A DNA stretch of 64,000 bases from Dehalococcoidia bacterium (GCA_022450525.1 JAKUQA010000001.1:87038-151037), one strand, 5' to 3'. Positions 8,270-20,426 are shown, numbered from the stretch's first letter. Notes: generated by a model not told the origin, from the letters alone. Numbers and translations are program-made.

Positions 8270-9916
8270 GTGACGCAATCAACCCAAAGGCCTAATATTG
8301 TTTTTATATTTGCGGATGACTGGGGAAGGTATGCAAATGCTTACGCCAAGTTCGAAGGCCCTGATTCTATAAATGCACTTATCGAAACACCTAATTTCAA
8401 TAGAGTTGTAGATGAAGGCGCTATATTTACCAACGCTCATGTCCCTGTGCCAAGCTGCACCCCATGTAGGAGCTCTATTCTGTCCGGCACATACTTCTGG
8501 GAGACAGGATTGGGGGCTATACTGGAGGGTGGTCGTTGGGATGAATCTATACCTACCTACCCGCTAATCCTTGAAGAAAAAGGCTATCACATTGGCTATA
8601 CGTACAAGGTCTGGTCTCCTGGAATTGCGGAAGACGCACCACATGGGGGCTACCGGGCTAAATACGAACCATCAGGTAACAAATGGCGGGAATTTTCAAT
8701 TGAAGCTACCAAGCTTGTTCCCGAGATGGGTGTGGAAGCGGCCAAGGAAGTCCTGTATGACGAAACCCGTAGTAACTTTGCTTCATTTCTGGAAGATGTC
8801 CCTGAAGGTGATCCGTTCTGCTACTGGTGGGGACCCGTTAATACCCACAGAGTATGGGAAAAAGGATCTGGGAAAGACTTGTGGGGTCTGGATCCGGATA
8901 AATTAAAAGGGAAAATGCCGGATTTTCTGCCAGACGTACACGAAATACGGGAAGATTTTAACGATTATCTTGGCGAAGCTCAGGCTGTTGACGCAGGAAT
9001 CGGAATAATACTCGAAGAATTGGATAACATCGGAGAATTGGACAACACATTGATTGTAATTAGTGGCGACCACGGGATTCCGGGGTTTCCTCGTTCAAAG
9101 GCAAATCTCTACGATATTGGAACCCAAGTTACCCTTGCTGCCAGATGGCCCCAAAATATACAGCCAGGAAAAGTGATACACGAATTCGTTAATCTAATGA
9201 ACCTTGCCCCAACTTTTCTCGAAGCTGCTGGTGAAACTCCTCCTGATCAAATGGTGGAAAGTCTTCTTCCTTTAATGACAGCATCGACCTCAGGTGAATC
9301 AAGTTTTGGCTCCGGTTACGTTATTACAGGTAGGGAACGGCACGTTGCGTTGTCTCAACAGGATGGCAAACCCTATCCTTCTAGAGCCATCAGGACTCAA
9401 GACTACTTGTATATACGTAATTTCGCTCCTGATAGATGGCCGAGTGGGCATCCGGGAGAATTGATTGATCCGAACATAGTGGACCCAGAGAAAATGGCCG
9501 AATTAGGAGCTTTTCGTGGCATGCGCAGTTCAGTTTATCACGACTTAGATGGTGGCCCGACAAAAGAATGGCTCCTAACGAATCGAAGTAAGCCCGACGT
9601 GAAACCGAAATTTGACCTTTGCTTTGGAAAGAGGCCTGCAGAAGAGCTATATGATTTGAAATCTGACCCAGACTATTTAATCAATGTGGCAGGAGATCCA
9701 GAGTACTCTGAAACTGTGAAAGAGCTTTCATCTAAACTCCTCAAAACGTTACAAGATCGCAATGATCCGAGACTCGAAGGGGAAAATTGTAAATTTGAAC
9801 ATCCCCCTTTTGCAGGACCAGTGGAAGCAAAATGGTATGAAGAACGTTATAGTCAAATTGAGGATAGAAAACGCAGAGCACGTGCTAATTCATCTAAGCA
9901 TCTCAAATCACAATAA
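8270..9916 (+). CDS. Sulfatase (formylglycine-dependent arylsulfatase family), no evident signal peptide
   Basis: 548 aa. N-terminal NIVFIFADDWG, the CxPxR maturation motif SCTPCRSSILSG, and GDHG in the metal site. GTG start. Confidence 0.85.
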   Translation: MTQSTQRPNIVFIFADDWGRYANAYAKFEGPDSINALIETPNFNRVVDEGAIFTNAHVPVPSCTPCRSSILSGTYFWETGLGAILEGGRWDESIPTYPLILEEKGYHIGYTYKVWSPGIAEDAPHGGYRAKYEPSGNKWREFSIEATKLVPEMGVEAAKEVLYDETRSNFASFLEDVPEGDPFCYWWGPVNTHRVWEKGSGKDLWGLDPDKLKGKMPDFLPDVHEIREDFNDYLGEAQAVDAGIGIILEELDNIGELDNTLIVISGDHGIPGFPRSKANLYDIGTQVTLAARWPQNIQPGKVIHEFVNLMNLAPTFLEAAGETPPDQMVESLLPLMTASTSGESSFGSGYVITGRERHVALSQQDGKPYPSRAIRTQDYLYIRNFAPDRWPSGHPGELIDPNIVDPEKMAELGAFRGMRSSVYHDLDGGPTKEWLLTNRSKPDVKPKFDLCFGKRPAEELYDLKSDPDYLINVAGDPEYSETVKELSSKLLKTLQDRNDPRLEGENCKFEHPPFAGPVEAKWYEERYSQIEDRKRRARANSSKHLKSQ

Positions 9917-10083
9917 TGTCTAAGATATAGAATTGCGGCATATCATGCATTGAGGGCTCTCAGTAATGTAGTATGCACTTGGATGTATAAATTGATTTTT
10001 CTGAGCAAACCTAACAAGTACTGCTATAAAGCTATTAGAGAATCCTAATATTCAGAATAAGGAGAATGAATTGTCCAAACAAA

Positions 10084-10133
10084 ATTGGTTAAGAACAGGC
10101 CCTTTTAACTCAGACATTTAATATATAAATCAA
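10084..10133 (+). repeat. Right copy of the perfect 50-bp direct repeat
   Basis: Identical to 8205..8254. It carries a non-functional copy of the last 12 pyrE codons, and its last 4 nt overlap the stop codon of the minus-strand gene 10130..11077. Confidence 0.97.
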
Positions 10134-11077
10134 AGAGGGAGATTTACTGAAGCCAGAGAAGTGGTTTGGCCTAACTGATTTGTTCCCCTTACTTCAAGGT
10201 CTAACCTTTTTTCTTTTTCGGTGTTATTAATTGTAATTACTTTTCCAGAATAAGTAATTATATCACCAGGGCGTACGGGTTCGAGGGCTCGTTCATTAAA
10301 AGTGCTGTTAATAATGGCTTTTTGGCCAAAAGTTTTTTCTACTAGATGGAGCATAAATCCAACAGCTGTAGGGCCAGATAATGTTGTTCCGCTAAAAACA
10401 GTAGCTTCCGCAAAAGCCTCGTCCACATGTAGCAGGGCGGTTGGACTAGGTTCTTTGTTAGACCAGTTGTTTAGTTCGTGGTACTTGTTGATAGTTTCTT
10501 GTGAGATGATTCGTTGTAATTGAGGAATTACATCTCCTTCAGTTATATTATTAATATCAAAACTATTTGCTTCAGTGCTAATATTTGTACTCGCAGTTTG
10601 ATTAGCCCCAGTAGTTCTTGCTTTTTGTCCTTTAGAAAATTCCCACATTACATTATATCTATAATTAATAACAGGTTCGTTTGTTTGGTTTTTTGCCTCT
10701 ACTCCTATAGATAAAAACCTATTACCCGAAGAGCTTTCCCATTTCTTTTCAAAGAAAGCAGTACTTGTAATAATATCGTTTTCTTTAATCGCATTTCCTA
10801 ACCATTCTATATCTGTTCCAACAAAAGGTGTGGATCGACTATTGGTCTCTGCCTCTTCTGGTGAAATAAACCCGTTTTCATGCATTACATCTAATCGCCG
10901 TGCTGGTGCATAAATAAAAAACATACCAGCAGGAGCCTGTAAAAGCTCCCCTGAATTACCAGCAGTATTATCCTCAATAGATTTTTTGTAATTAATTATC
11001 ATCTCTTTTGTGATATTTATTGAGGTTGGTTTTGCAGATGTACCTACTAAAATCTGGTCCCATTCTAAAACATTCAT
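10130..11077 (-). CDS. MaoC-like double hot-dog fold (enoyl-CoA) hydratase/dehydratase
   Basis: 315 aa with two hot-dog-like halves. The C-terminal half has a MaoC-like V(R)PGD(I)I...G.V pattern. The family call rests on pattern only. Confidence 0.5.
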   Translation of the reverse strand: MNVLEWDQILVGTSAKPTSINITKEMIINYKKSIEDNTAGNSGELLQAPAGMFFIYAPARRLDVMHENGFISPEEAETNSRSTPFVGTDIEWLGNAIKENDIITSTAFFEKKWESSSGNRFLSIGVEAKNQTNEPVINYRYNVMWEFSKGQKARTTGANQTASTNISTEANSFDINNITEGDVIPQLQRIISQETINKYHELNNWSNKEPSPTALLHVDEAFAEATVFSGTTLSGPTAVGFMLHLVEKTFGQKAIINSTFNERALEPVRPGDIITYSGKVITINNTEKEKRLDLEVRGTNQLGQTTSLASVNLPL

Positions 11078-11079
11078 AA

Positions 11080-11526
11080 TTATTGTTCTCCTTCGCTTAA
11101 TTCCGCTATAAATACGGGAATTATTCTATTTGTTTTTTCTTGATAATCTTTATAAGGGGGGTATGCTGAAACGGCTAGATCCCATAGTCGTTTACGTTCC
11201 TCGCCTTCGTGAACCTCCCTGACCTTCATATCATAAACATTTGTTCTGTCTCGTATTTTAACTAAAGGATTATTTTTTAAATTATGATACCACAGGGGGT
11301 TTTTGGGAGCTCCTCCCATTGAAGCAATTAAAACATAATTGTTACCATCTTGAACCGTCATTACAGGTGTTTTTCTTATAGCTCCTGTTTTCCATCCGAT
11401 GTGGGTAATTATAATACAAGGTAGGCCGGTATCTCTTAAGGTTAGCCCTTTTGTGCCTCCACTTTTTTCATATAATTCAACTTGGTCGGCAACCCACTGT
11501 CGTGGACTTGGAATATATTCTTTCAT
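11080..11526 (-). CDS. Deazaflavin (F420)-dependent nitroreductase-family protein (Ddn/DUF385-like)
   Basis: 148 aa. GGAPKNPLWYHNLKNNPLVKIR is the signature segment of this family. Confidence 0.7.
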   Translation of the reverse strand: MKEYIPSPRQWVADQVELYEKSGGTKGLTLRDTGLPCIIITHIGWKTGAIRKTPVMTVQDGNNYVLIASMGGAPKNPLWYHNLKNNPLVKIRDRTNVYDMKVREVHEGEERKRLWDLAVSAYPPYKDYQEKTNRIIPVFIAELSEGEQ

Positions 11527-11530
11527 TTTT

Positions 11531-12919
11531 TTACCTTTCGATAATCAAAGCATCTAATAGGGCCGTTATGTTTTTTTGATTTTCTAAGTCCCAAATTAAA
11601 GAGGATATTGTTTTTGCATGTTGTTTAGAAATCATGGTTTCTGCCAAGTTTGTAAATTTATTTTCCAATTCATCGTCTGTAAGCGGGTTTTGTGAATGAC
11701 CTTTGGGGTAACTAGTTTCTTTAGTAATAATCTTTCCGTTATTAAGCTCTACTATCATTTTACAGTTTGACTCTTCGGGTCGCTTGTTTGTGAATGAAGA
11801 GTTTTCTATTATGGTTAATTTTGAAATAATATCTCTGATTTTTTGACTTGCTATTTTTTCATCAGTAAAACTGTTTATTCCTATATCTCCGTACAAAAAA
11901 GCTGAAGCAACCATAAAAGGAATACTATGATCTGCACTTTCTCTTGTTTTTGGGTCCCATTTTTCTGGATGGCTTTCAGGAGTGCTTACACAATTAGAAT
12001 ACGTTTCTATTACTATGGATTTTATTTCATTTATATCAATTAATTTTTCTATTTCTAATGCAAGCCCTGTAGGTGCTTGGGTTAGAATTTGAGCTGGAAA
12101 AAATTTAAAATCTGTTCTTGTTATACCAAAAGGTTCAAATTGTGATGAAATAGCGGAAGTTATATTTATTATCCCAGGTTTTCCCGTGTCTACATTTAGT
12201 TTTTCCCATAGGCCATTTTTTCCTTCAAATGGCTCATATGGTCCCTCCATTCCTTCTTTTGCTAAAATAGAGGCAAACACCCCGGCTTTGGTTGCATGAG
12301 CTGTAGCACAACCTTTCCATAAAGATAGTTCGCCCACTCTTGTAGCAAGAAGTGGTAAATTAGGAACAATAGAAATAGATAGAGAATGGCCTAATTCTTC
12401 TTGTGATAGGCTAAGTAATTTACCGGAAGAAAGCGCTGCCCCCATTCCTACACAAAGACCTTGATCCCATTCCCTGCCACCCAACATAGGGGCAACATCG
12501 GAGATACTACAAAAAACCTGATAAGCCAAGGCGATACTAGTAATAATGTTTTTTCCAGAAGATCTGCAATATTCTCCTGCTGCTAGTGAGGCAGAGATCA
12601 TATCGCTTGGATGGCCTCCCCCAGGCGTAAAATATGAATCATTAAAATCTAAATATCTAATAGAAATAGCGTTTGCAAATGCAGCAATATCGATGGATGT
12701 GTTATTTGTTGTTCCGATTATACTTGATGTGGGGCTTTCAGTTACTTTTGGCGCTACTTTTCGAGCTATTATTGCTGTTTTAGAATTAAATCCTCCTATG
12801 AGGCAACCAATGCTATCCAATAATGTTCTTTTGACCTGATGAATTGTTTTATCATCAAGATCTGAAAACGACAACTCGTAAGCATATGAGCTCAGCGTAT
12901 CTTTAGTTGCATCCACCAT
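11531..12919 (-). CDS. MmgE/PrpD-family protein (2-methylcitrate dehydratase family)
   Basis: 462 aa with family-typical length and an N-terminal LLDSIGC.IGG segment. Confidence 0.65.
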   Translation of the reverse strand: MVDATKDTLSSYAYELSFSDLDDKTIHQVKRTLLDSIGCLIGGFNSKTAIIARKVAPKVTESPTSSIIGTTNNTSIDIAAFANAISIRYLDFNDSYFTPGGGHPSDMISASLAAGEYCRSSGKNIITSIALAYQVFCSISDVAPMLGGREWDQGLCVGMGAALSSGKLLSLSQEELGHSLSISIVPNLPLLATRVGELSLWKGCATAHATKAGVFASILAKEGMEGPYEPFEGKNGLWEKLNVDTGKPGIINITSAISSQFEPFGITRTDFKFFPAQILTQAPTGLALEIEKLIDINEIKSIVIETYSNCVSTPESHPEKWDPKTRESADHSIPFMVASAFLYGDIGINSFTDEKIASQKIRDIISKLTIIENSSFTNKRPEESNCKMIVELNNGKIITKETSYPKGHSQNPLTDDELENKFTNLAETMISKQHAKTISSLIWDLENQKNITALLDALIIER

Positions 12920-12927
12920 CCACTCAC

Positions 12928-15477
<2,550 letters not shown>

Positions 15478-15640
15478 TCATTAAGTTTTACTATCTTTTA
15501 ATCGTCTTGTAATATGTGCTATGTTTGCTTATACAGATACATTATTTTAACAAAATAGATATATACAGTCAAAGTAATAAACACCAATATTTGTACTTAA
15601 GCGCTAAGAATGCACAATATATGGTATTGAATGGAGAATA

Positions 15641-16678
15641 ATGATAATACTAGGAATAGAGACGTCGTGTGATGAAACAGCTATATCTGTTGTAGAAAAT
15701 GGTTCAAATCTATTGTCAAATGTAATTCGATCTCAGGTAGAAATTCATGCTCAACATGGAGGAATTGTGCCAGAAATCGCATCACGGGCACATGTTGCTG
15801 CAATTATCCCAGCTCTACAACAATCTCTAAATAATGCGAACGTAAAAATTGAAGAAGTGGATAAAATAGGAGTAACTTTTGGCCCAGGGTTGGCTGGATC
15901 ACTTTTGGTAGGTGTAAATCTGGCAAAAACGCTAGCCTATATTTATAAAAAACCCTTATTGGGTATTAACCATATAGAAGCACATATATATAGTTCTTGG
16001 CTAGAAAAAGACAACTTTTCTCCAAAATTTCCTTTGATTTGTATGGTGGCTTCTGGCGGTCATACAGAATTAATACTAATGAAAAACCACGGAGAATATC
16101 AGATTTTAGGACAGACGAAAGATGACGCAGCAGGAGAAGCTTTTGATAAAGCAGCTAGGGTGCTTGGCCTCAGTTACCCTGGAGGGCCAGAGATACAAAA
16201 ACATGCATCAGATGAATTAGATGTTTCTGATTTAGGCATGCCAAGGCCCCTTTTAAGAGAAGGTTTGGATTTTAGCTTTAGTGGTTTAAAAACAGCTTTT
16301 TTAAATAAAGCTAGGTCAAAATCTGCAGAAATTGGTTTTGACCTGACACAAGACCCCCAACTTGTCTCAAGGATGGCTTGGGAATTTCAAGAAGCTATTA
16401 CAGAAGTCTTGGCAACAAAAATTGAACGGGCTGTTAATTTATCTGGGGCAAAGATGGCTATTGTTGGAGGCGGAGTAGCCGCAAATGCAAGGTTAAGACA
16501 AAGAATTGAAGATCAAATTAAACAAGTACCCGTAGTGATACCTCGTCCTGGATTATGTATTGATAATGGAGCTATGATAGCTGCATGTGCCTATTTTAAA
16601 GGGTATGAGCATAATATAGAATTAGATGTTAATCCCGGTCTATCCATAGAGGATAATCCAATTAGTAATTATCTGTAG
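15641..16678 (+). CDS. tsaD: tRNA N6-adenosine threonylcarbamoyltransferase TsaD (Kae1/Gcp)
   Basis: 345 aa. ILGIETSCDETA and HIEAHIY motifs. Confidence 0.9.
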   Translation: MIILGIETSCDETAISVVENGSNLLSNVIRSQVEIHAQHGGIVPEIASRAHVAAIIPALQQSLNNANVKIEEVDKIGVTFGPGLAGSLLVGVNLAKTLAYIYKKPLLGINHIEAHIYSSWLEKDNFSPKFPLICMVASGGHTELILMKNHGEYQILGQTKDDAAGEAFDKAARVLGLSYPGGPEIQKHASDELDVSDLGMPRPLLREGLDFSFSGLKTAFLNKARSKSAEIGFDLTQDPQLVSRMAWEFQEAITEVLATKIERAVNLSGAKMAIVGGGVAANARLRQRIEDQIKQVPVVIPRPGLCIDNGAMIAACAYFKGYEHNIELDVNPGLSIEDNPISNYL

Positions 16679-17213
16679 ATATAGGCACACCAAGGCCAAT
16701 ACTGTGGCTATATATATAGTTAATAATTTCTTCAGAGTCTTTTAGTGCTGTTTTCGACATTAGGTCAATAATAAGTTTGTTTGAGTTAGTGTTTACAATT
16801 AATTTAGGAATTTCATGGGTAGCAAAATAAGAGAAAAGATTAACGCCAGAATATCCTGCAATTCCCAATAAAATTAACCAAGTAAGAATAGATGTAAATC
16901 CAAAGGCAAAAGAAAACCATACCCAAACAAGAGAAGCAATACCAAAAATTATTCCATATATCAAATCTGTAAAAGTTTTTTTTGGTAAAGATAATTCTGT
17001 ACTCGAAATATCATTTGTTTTAATTATTTGAGTTAGATCTTTTTCATCTGTAAAGGATTCATAGATAAGGCGAAAATTAGTTAATGTTAAAAATTCTGAG
17101 TCGTTATTATCAGTAATGCTATATCTACTCGTATGAATTTTTCCAGTTTCATTGCCAAAAAGATAGACAACTTTTTCGTTGTCTAGTAATGAAAAATGAC
17201 GATGTTTTTCCAA
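16662..17213 (-). CDS. Hypothetical membrane protein (soluble N-terminal domain plus two TM helices)
   Basis: 183 aa with a hydrophobic stretch IYGIIFGIASLVWVWFSFAFGFTSILTWLILLGIAGY. I recognise no family. Confidence 0.45.
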   Translation of the reverse strand: MEKHRHFSLLDNEKVVYLFGNETGKIHTSRYSITDNNDSEFLTLTNFRLIYESFTDEKDLTQIIKTNDISSTELSLPKKTFTDLIYGIIFGIASLVWVWFSFAFGFTSILTWLILLGIAGYSGVNLFSYFATHEIPKLIVNTNSNKLIIDLMSKTALKDSEEIINYIYSHSIGLGVPISTDNY

Positions 17214-17275
17214 TTAAGTCACCCAATCCTAATATATTTATAATTAACTATACAAATATATTTCTGTAATCTCAA

Positions 17276-18655
17276 CTAATTAAGTTTATAAGAAAGTTTT
17301 GGGGAAATAATTGATTTTATTGTAGAGATTTTTTTTGAGAATTCTGTATTCGAAATCAATTCGTTTTTTACCCAGTTATTTGAAGCCCTAATCGTTTTTG
17401 TTGTCCAGTTTCCACAAAGTGGAATTACCTCTTGGTATCTTAGTTTTAAGGTTTCCAGCGCTAAGTACATTACAACTTTTTGTGGTTCAGAGGCCCTGCC
17501 ACTTTGTTTAGTTTGTATTTTTTCCACGCTGATCTTGTAATATTTCGACACAATGGATATCAAATCCTCAGGAGAAACGTCAATGATAGGCAAATTATAC
17601 GATTCAGCATCAATACCCAGTGCTAATTTTGCCAAATCTAAATTTATGTTTAGTCCAGAAAATTCTGAGTATGCAATTAATTTATTTAAATTACCTTCCA
17701 ATTCTCTGATACTGTGAGTATATAGAGTTGCAAGCAAGCTAGTTACATCTTCTGTGATGGGTATATTTGCCTGCTCTGCTTTTTTTAAAACAATAGCAGC
17801 TCTAGTTTCAATTTCTGGGCTTTGAATATCAGCGACCAATCCCCATTGAAATCGAGACAATAAACGGTCATGGATAAAATCAACATATTGAGGATGTCGG
17901 TCACAAGCCAATACAATTTGTTTGTTTGAGTCGTGTAGATCATTAAAAGTATGGAATAACCCTTCTTGGGTTTGTTCTTTACCTTGGAGAAATTGTATAT
18001 CATCTAAAATAAGTGCGTCAGTATTTCGATACTTAGAGCGAAACTCGTCTGTTTTTCTTTTCTGTATGGCTGTTACAAATTCGTTAGTGAATTGTTCAGT
18101 TGTTACGTAAAGAATATTCTGACTATTTTTTCTCATTCTGTCTGCAATTGATTGTAAAAGGTGAGTTTTGCCTAATCCAACACCTGAATAAATAAATAGC
18201 GGATTAAATCTTCCTCCAGGTTCTGTAGCCACACTTAAAGCAGAAGAATATGCAAGCTTGTTAGATTCACCAACCACGAAATTGTCAAATCGATAAGTTG
18301 ATTTATCAAATTTCGAAGTTATTTTTTTGGTTGTTTCCTTTTCTGTATTGGTTGAGTCGGCTGACGATTTTTTAGGGACTTCTTTATTTTTTGCAACAGT
18401 AAAAACAACCTTCAGTTTTATTGAGCTCACTTCTTTGATAGCGGATTCTATTTGCGTTTTCATTTTCTTGTTCAGCCATTCTGAAACAAATAATGATGAA
18501 ACGCCAATAGTTAAAACATTATTTTTTGAACTCAAAACAAATGTGTCTTTTAGCCATGTTTCAAAGCTGGCTTTTGGAATTTTCATTTCAAGTAAACCAA
18601 GAGTTGCTGACCAGATATTATTATGTTCCGGGATATTTTGTGTCATAGTAAACAT
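17276..18655 (-). CDS. dnaA: Chromosomal replication initiator DnaA (divergent domain IV)
   Basis: 459 aa. Walker A GVGLGKTHLLQSI, Walker B LILDDIQF, sensor and arginine-finger elements (SRFQWG, SIRELEGNL). In the C-terminal DNA-binding domain, CGNWTTKTIRA replaces GGRDHTTV(L/I)HA. Confidence 0.9.
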   Translation of the reverse strand: MFTMTQNIPEHNNIWSATLGLLEMKIPKASFETWLKDTFVLSSKNNVLTIGVSSLFVSEWLNKKMKTQIESAIKEVSSIKLKVVFTVAKNKEVPKKSSADSTNTEKETTKKITSKFDKSTYRFDNFVVGESNKLAYSSALSVATEPGGRFNPLFIYSGVGLGKTHLLQSIADRMRKNSQNILYVTTEQFTNEFVTAIQKRKTDEFRSKYRNTDALILDDIQFLQGKEQTQEGLFHTFNDLHDSNKQIVLACDRHPQYVDFIHDRLLSRFQWGLVADIQSPEIETRAAIVLKKAEQANIPITEDVTSLLATLYTHSIRELEGNLNKLIAYSEFSGLNINLDLAKLALGIDAESYNLPIIDVSPEDLISIVSKYYKISVEKIQTKQSGRASEPQKVVMYLALETLKLRYQEVIPLCGNWTTKTIRASNNWVKNELISNTEFSKKISTIKSIISPKLSYKLN

Positions 18656-18787
18656 AATTCCGATGTTAGTTAGGGCCGGAAAACTAGGATATCATTTTTA
18701 CTACATCCTACTGCAAGAGAGAAGAAATGCAATTTTTGTGAATTTTGATGTATTCTGTACCAAAGTAATGATAAAAGGCAAAAAAAA

Positions 18788-19756
18788 ATGAAATCAGCAA
18801 AAATCAAGATAATTTATTTTGGAACTCCCGATATATCTGCCCATGTACTTGAAAAAATTAGCCAAGAAGAGATTAACATAGTTAGTGTTTTTACAAGACC
18901 AGATAGTTTTTACGGAAGAGGAAAGAAATTATTTGAAAGCCCTGTAAAGCAAATGGCAAAAAAGTTAAACTTGTCCGTAGTTGAACCAAAATCTCTTAAG
19001 AACAACGACATTGTTCAACAGATTATAGGATTATCTCCAGATTTAATAATTGTAGCAGCGTATGGGTTAATAATACCTAAGGAAATATTAGATATACCTA
19101 GATATGGAGTTATAAATATACACCCATCTTTGCTACCTAAATATCAAGGTCCTTCGCCTGTTGCCTCGGCATTGTTGAGCGGGGATTTGATAACAGGAGT
19201 AAGCATTATGCTACTTGATGAAGGTATGGATACTGGACCAATACTTGCAACCGAGAAACTAACTATATCAACTGAGCATAATACACAAACATTGACTGAA
19301 GAGTTATTTCAAATTGGGTCTAAGCTTCTTGTTGAGACAATCCCTTTATGGGTTTCTGGTGAAATAATTCCTATACAACAAAATACAAACGACGCAATAA
19401 TTACTAAATTATTAAAAAAAGACGACGGAGAGATACATTGGAATTTTAATTGTGAATTTATCGCTAGGCAAATTCGTGCTTTTAATCCTTGGCCAAGCAC
19501 CTTCACAAAATTTGATTCAAAAAGATTAATCATTGAAAAAGCTTTTTCAATAACTAGCCCACATCTTGATTCGGGGCGCAAAAACTGTCCAGGTTACGTT
19601 ACTCAAACTGAGATAAATGGCGAAATTTTTACAGGGGTTGTATGCGGAGAAGGGTTTCTTGTAATTTCTAAGGTCAAATTAGAAGGAAGTTCTTCTCAGG
19701 ATATTGTGGATTTTATTCGAGGTAAGCCAAATTTTATAGGCGCAACCTTAGGATAG
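18788..19756 (+). CDS. fmt: Methionyl-tRNA formyltransferase
   Basis: 322 aa. IIYFGTPD start and the NIHPSLLPKYQGPSP motif. Confidence 0.88.
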   Translation: MKSAKIKIIYFGTPDISAHVLEKISQEEINIVSVFTRPDSFYGRGKKLFESPVKQMAKKLNLSVVEPKSLKNNDIVQQIIGLSPDLIIVAAYGLIIPKEILDIPRYGVINIHPSLLPKYQGPSPVASALLSGDLITGVSIMLLDEGMDTGPILATEKLTISTEHNTQTLTEELFQIGSKLLVETIPLWVSGEIIPIQQNTNDAIITKLLKKDDGEIHWNFNCEFIARQIRAFNPWPSTFTKFDSKRLIIEKAFSITSPHLDSGRKNCPGYVTQTEINGEIFTGVVCGEGFLVISKVKLEGSSSQDIVDFIRGKPNFIGATLG

Positions 19757-19757
19757 T

Positions 19758-20426
19758 TTATTGACCTTCTGTAATTTCTTCTTCAGTGCCTTCATCTGAA
19801 GGTGCTACGTTTGAAGTTACTTCTTCTTCAATTTCACTACCACCACCAGTAGTTGCAGCTCTTCTAGGTGCAGATATCCTAACTACTACAGATTCCGAAT
19901 CTGTAAGCAAAGTAACATCGCTAGAAATTTCAATATCAGATACTCGTAAAACTTTTTCGAACGTGTCTAGAAATGACAGGTCTATCTCTAGCCTTTCAGG
20001 CAGGTCTTTCGGTAGGGCAGAAACGCGTATAGTCCGCATAGTCTGGTTTACTCTCCCTCCATAAGATTTAATGGCTGGTGATTCTCCAATCAAACCTACA
20101 GAAATATTAGATATAATTTCTTCAGTAGTAGAAACCTCAAGAAAATCTACATGTAGAACTTTTTCAGTCACAGGATGTTTTTGAACTTCTCTTAAGTATG
20201 TAAAACGAGGCTCGCTATCATTATCAATTGTTATCGATACTGGTGTGTTTGGGCCTGCTCGATTTAAGAGCCTTGTTAATTCATCAGTTTCTATTTCCAA
20301 TGAAACTGATTCCACGCCATTACCGTAAAGATGTATTGGTGTTTTGCCATTTTTTCGAAGAAAACGAACATTTTTCCCAACAACATCTCTTTTTTGAACT
20401 TTTATCTCTAAAACTGAATTTGCCAT
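19758..20426 (-). CDS. rplY: 50S ribosomal protein L25 / general stress protein Ctc
   Basis: 222 aa. Has the L25 N-domain (RKNGKTPIHLYG) and the Ctc-type C-domain plus an acidic tail. Confidence 0.8.
   Translation of the reverse strand: MANSVLEIKVQKRDVVGKNVRFLRKNGKTPIHLYGNGVESVSLEIETDELTRLLNRAGPNTPVSITIDNDSEPRFTYLREVQKHPVTEKVLHVDFLEVSTTEEIISNISVGLIGESPAIKSYGGRVNQTMRTIRVSALPKDLPERLEIDLSFLDTFEKVLRVSDIEISSDVTLLTDSESVVVRISAPRRAATTGGGSEIEEEVTSNVAPSDEGTEEEITEGQ

Larger units (their letters stand above)
8205..10133 (+). mobile_element. Putative inserted sulfatase cassette bounded by 50-bp direct repeats; no recombinase gene inside
   Basis: The repeats bracket a single gene plus 167 nt of non-coding DNA. 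Hand-counted lines inside are about 47% G+C, against about 32-40% in the flanks. Deleting one repeat plus the insert recreates a compact convergent pyrE / MaoC-like junction. Confidence 0.55.

Noticed and set aside
10069-10119. A 16-codon mini-ORF (TTG start after AAGGAG) ending in the duplicated pyrE tail inside the right direct repeat.
   Set aside because: It is most simply a by-product of the duplication and is too short to support as a gene. It is mentioned under the cassette finding only.
18656-18787. The dnaA-fmt intergenic region as oriC.
   Set aside because: It is only about 130 bp and has no cluster of TTATCCACA-like boxes (the best is TGTGAATTT) and no evident repeated 9-mers. I do not call it an origin.
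18327-18791. A 154-aa plus-strand ORF antisense to the dnaA 5' region and running into fmt.
   Set aside because: It is a shadow ORF opposite a confidently identified gene. Its composition is Phe/Ser/Leu/Cys-rich, as is typical of antisense frames in AT-rich DNA. The same reasoning applies to the other internal antisense ORFs, for example 763-945, 3813-4103, 4651-4980, 21674-22033, 21981-22322, 36262-36630, 49017-49463 and 49430-49771.
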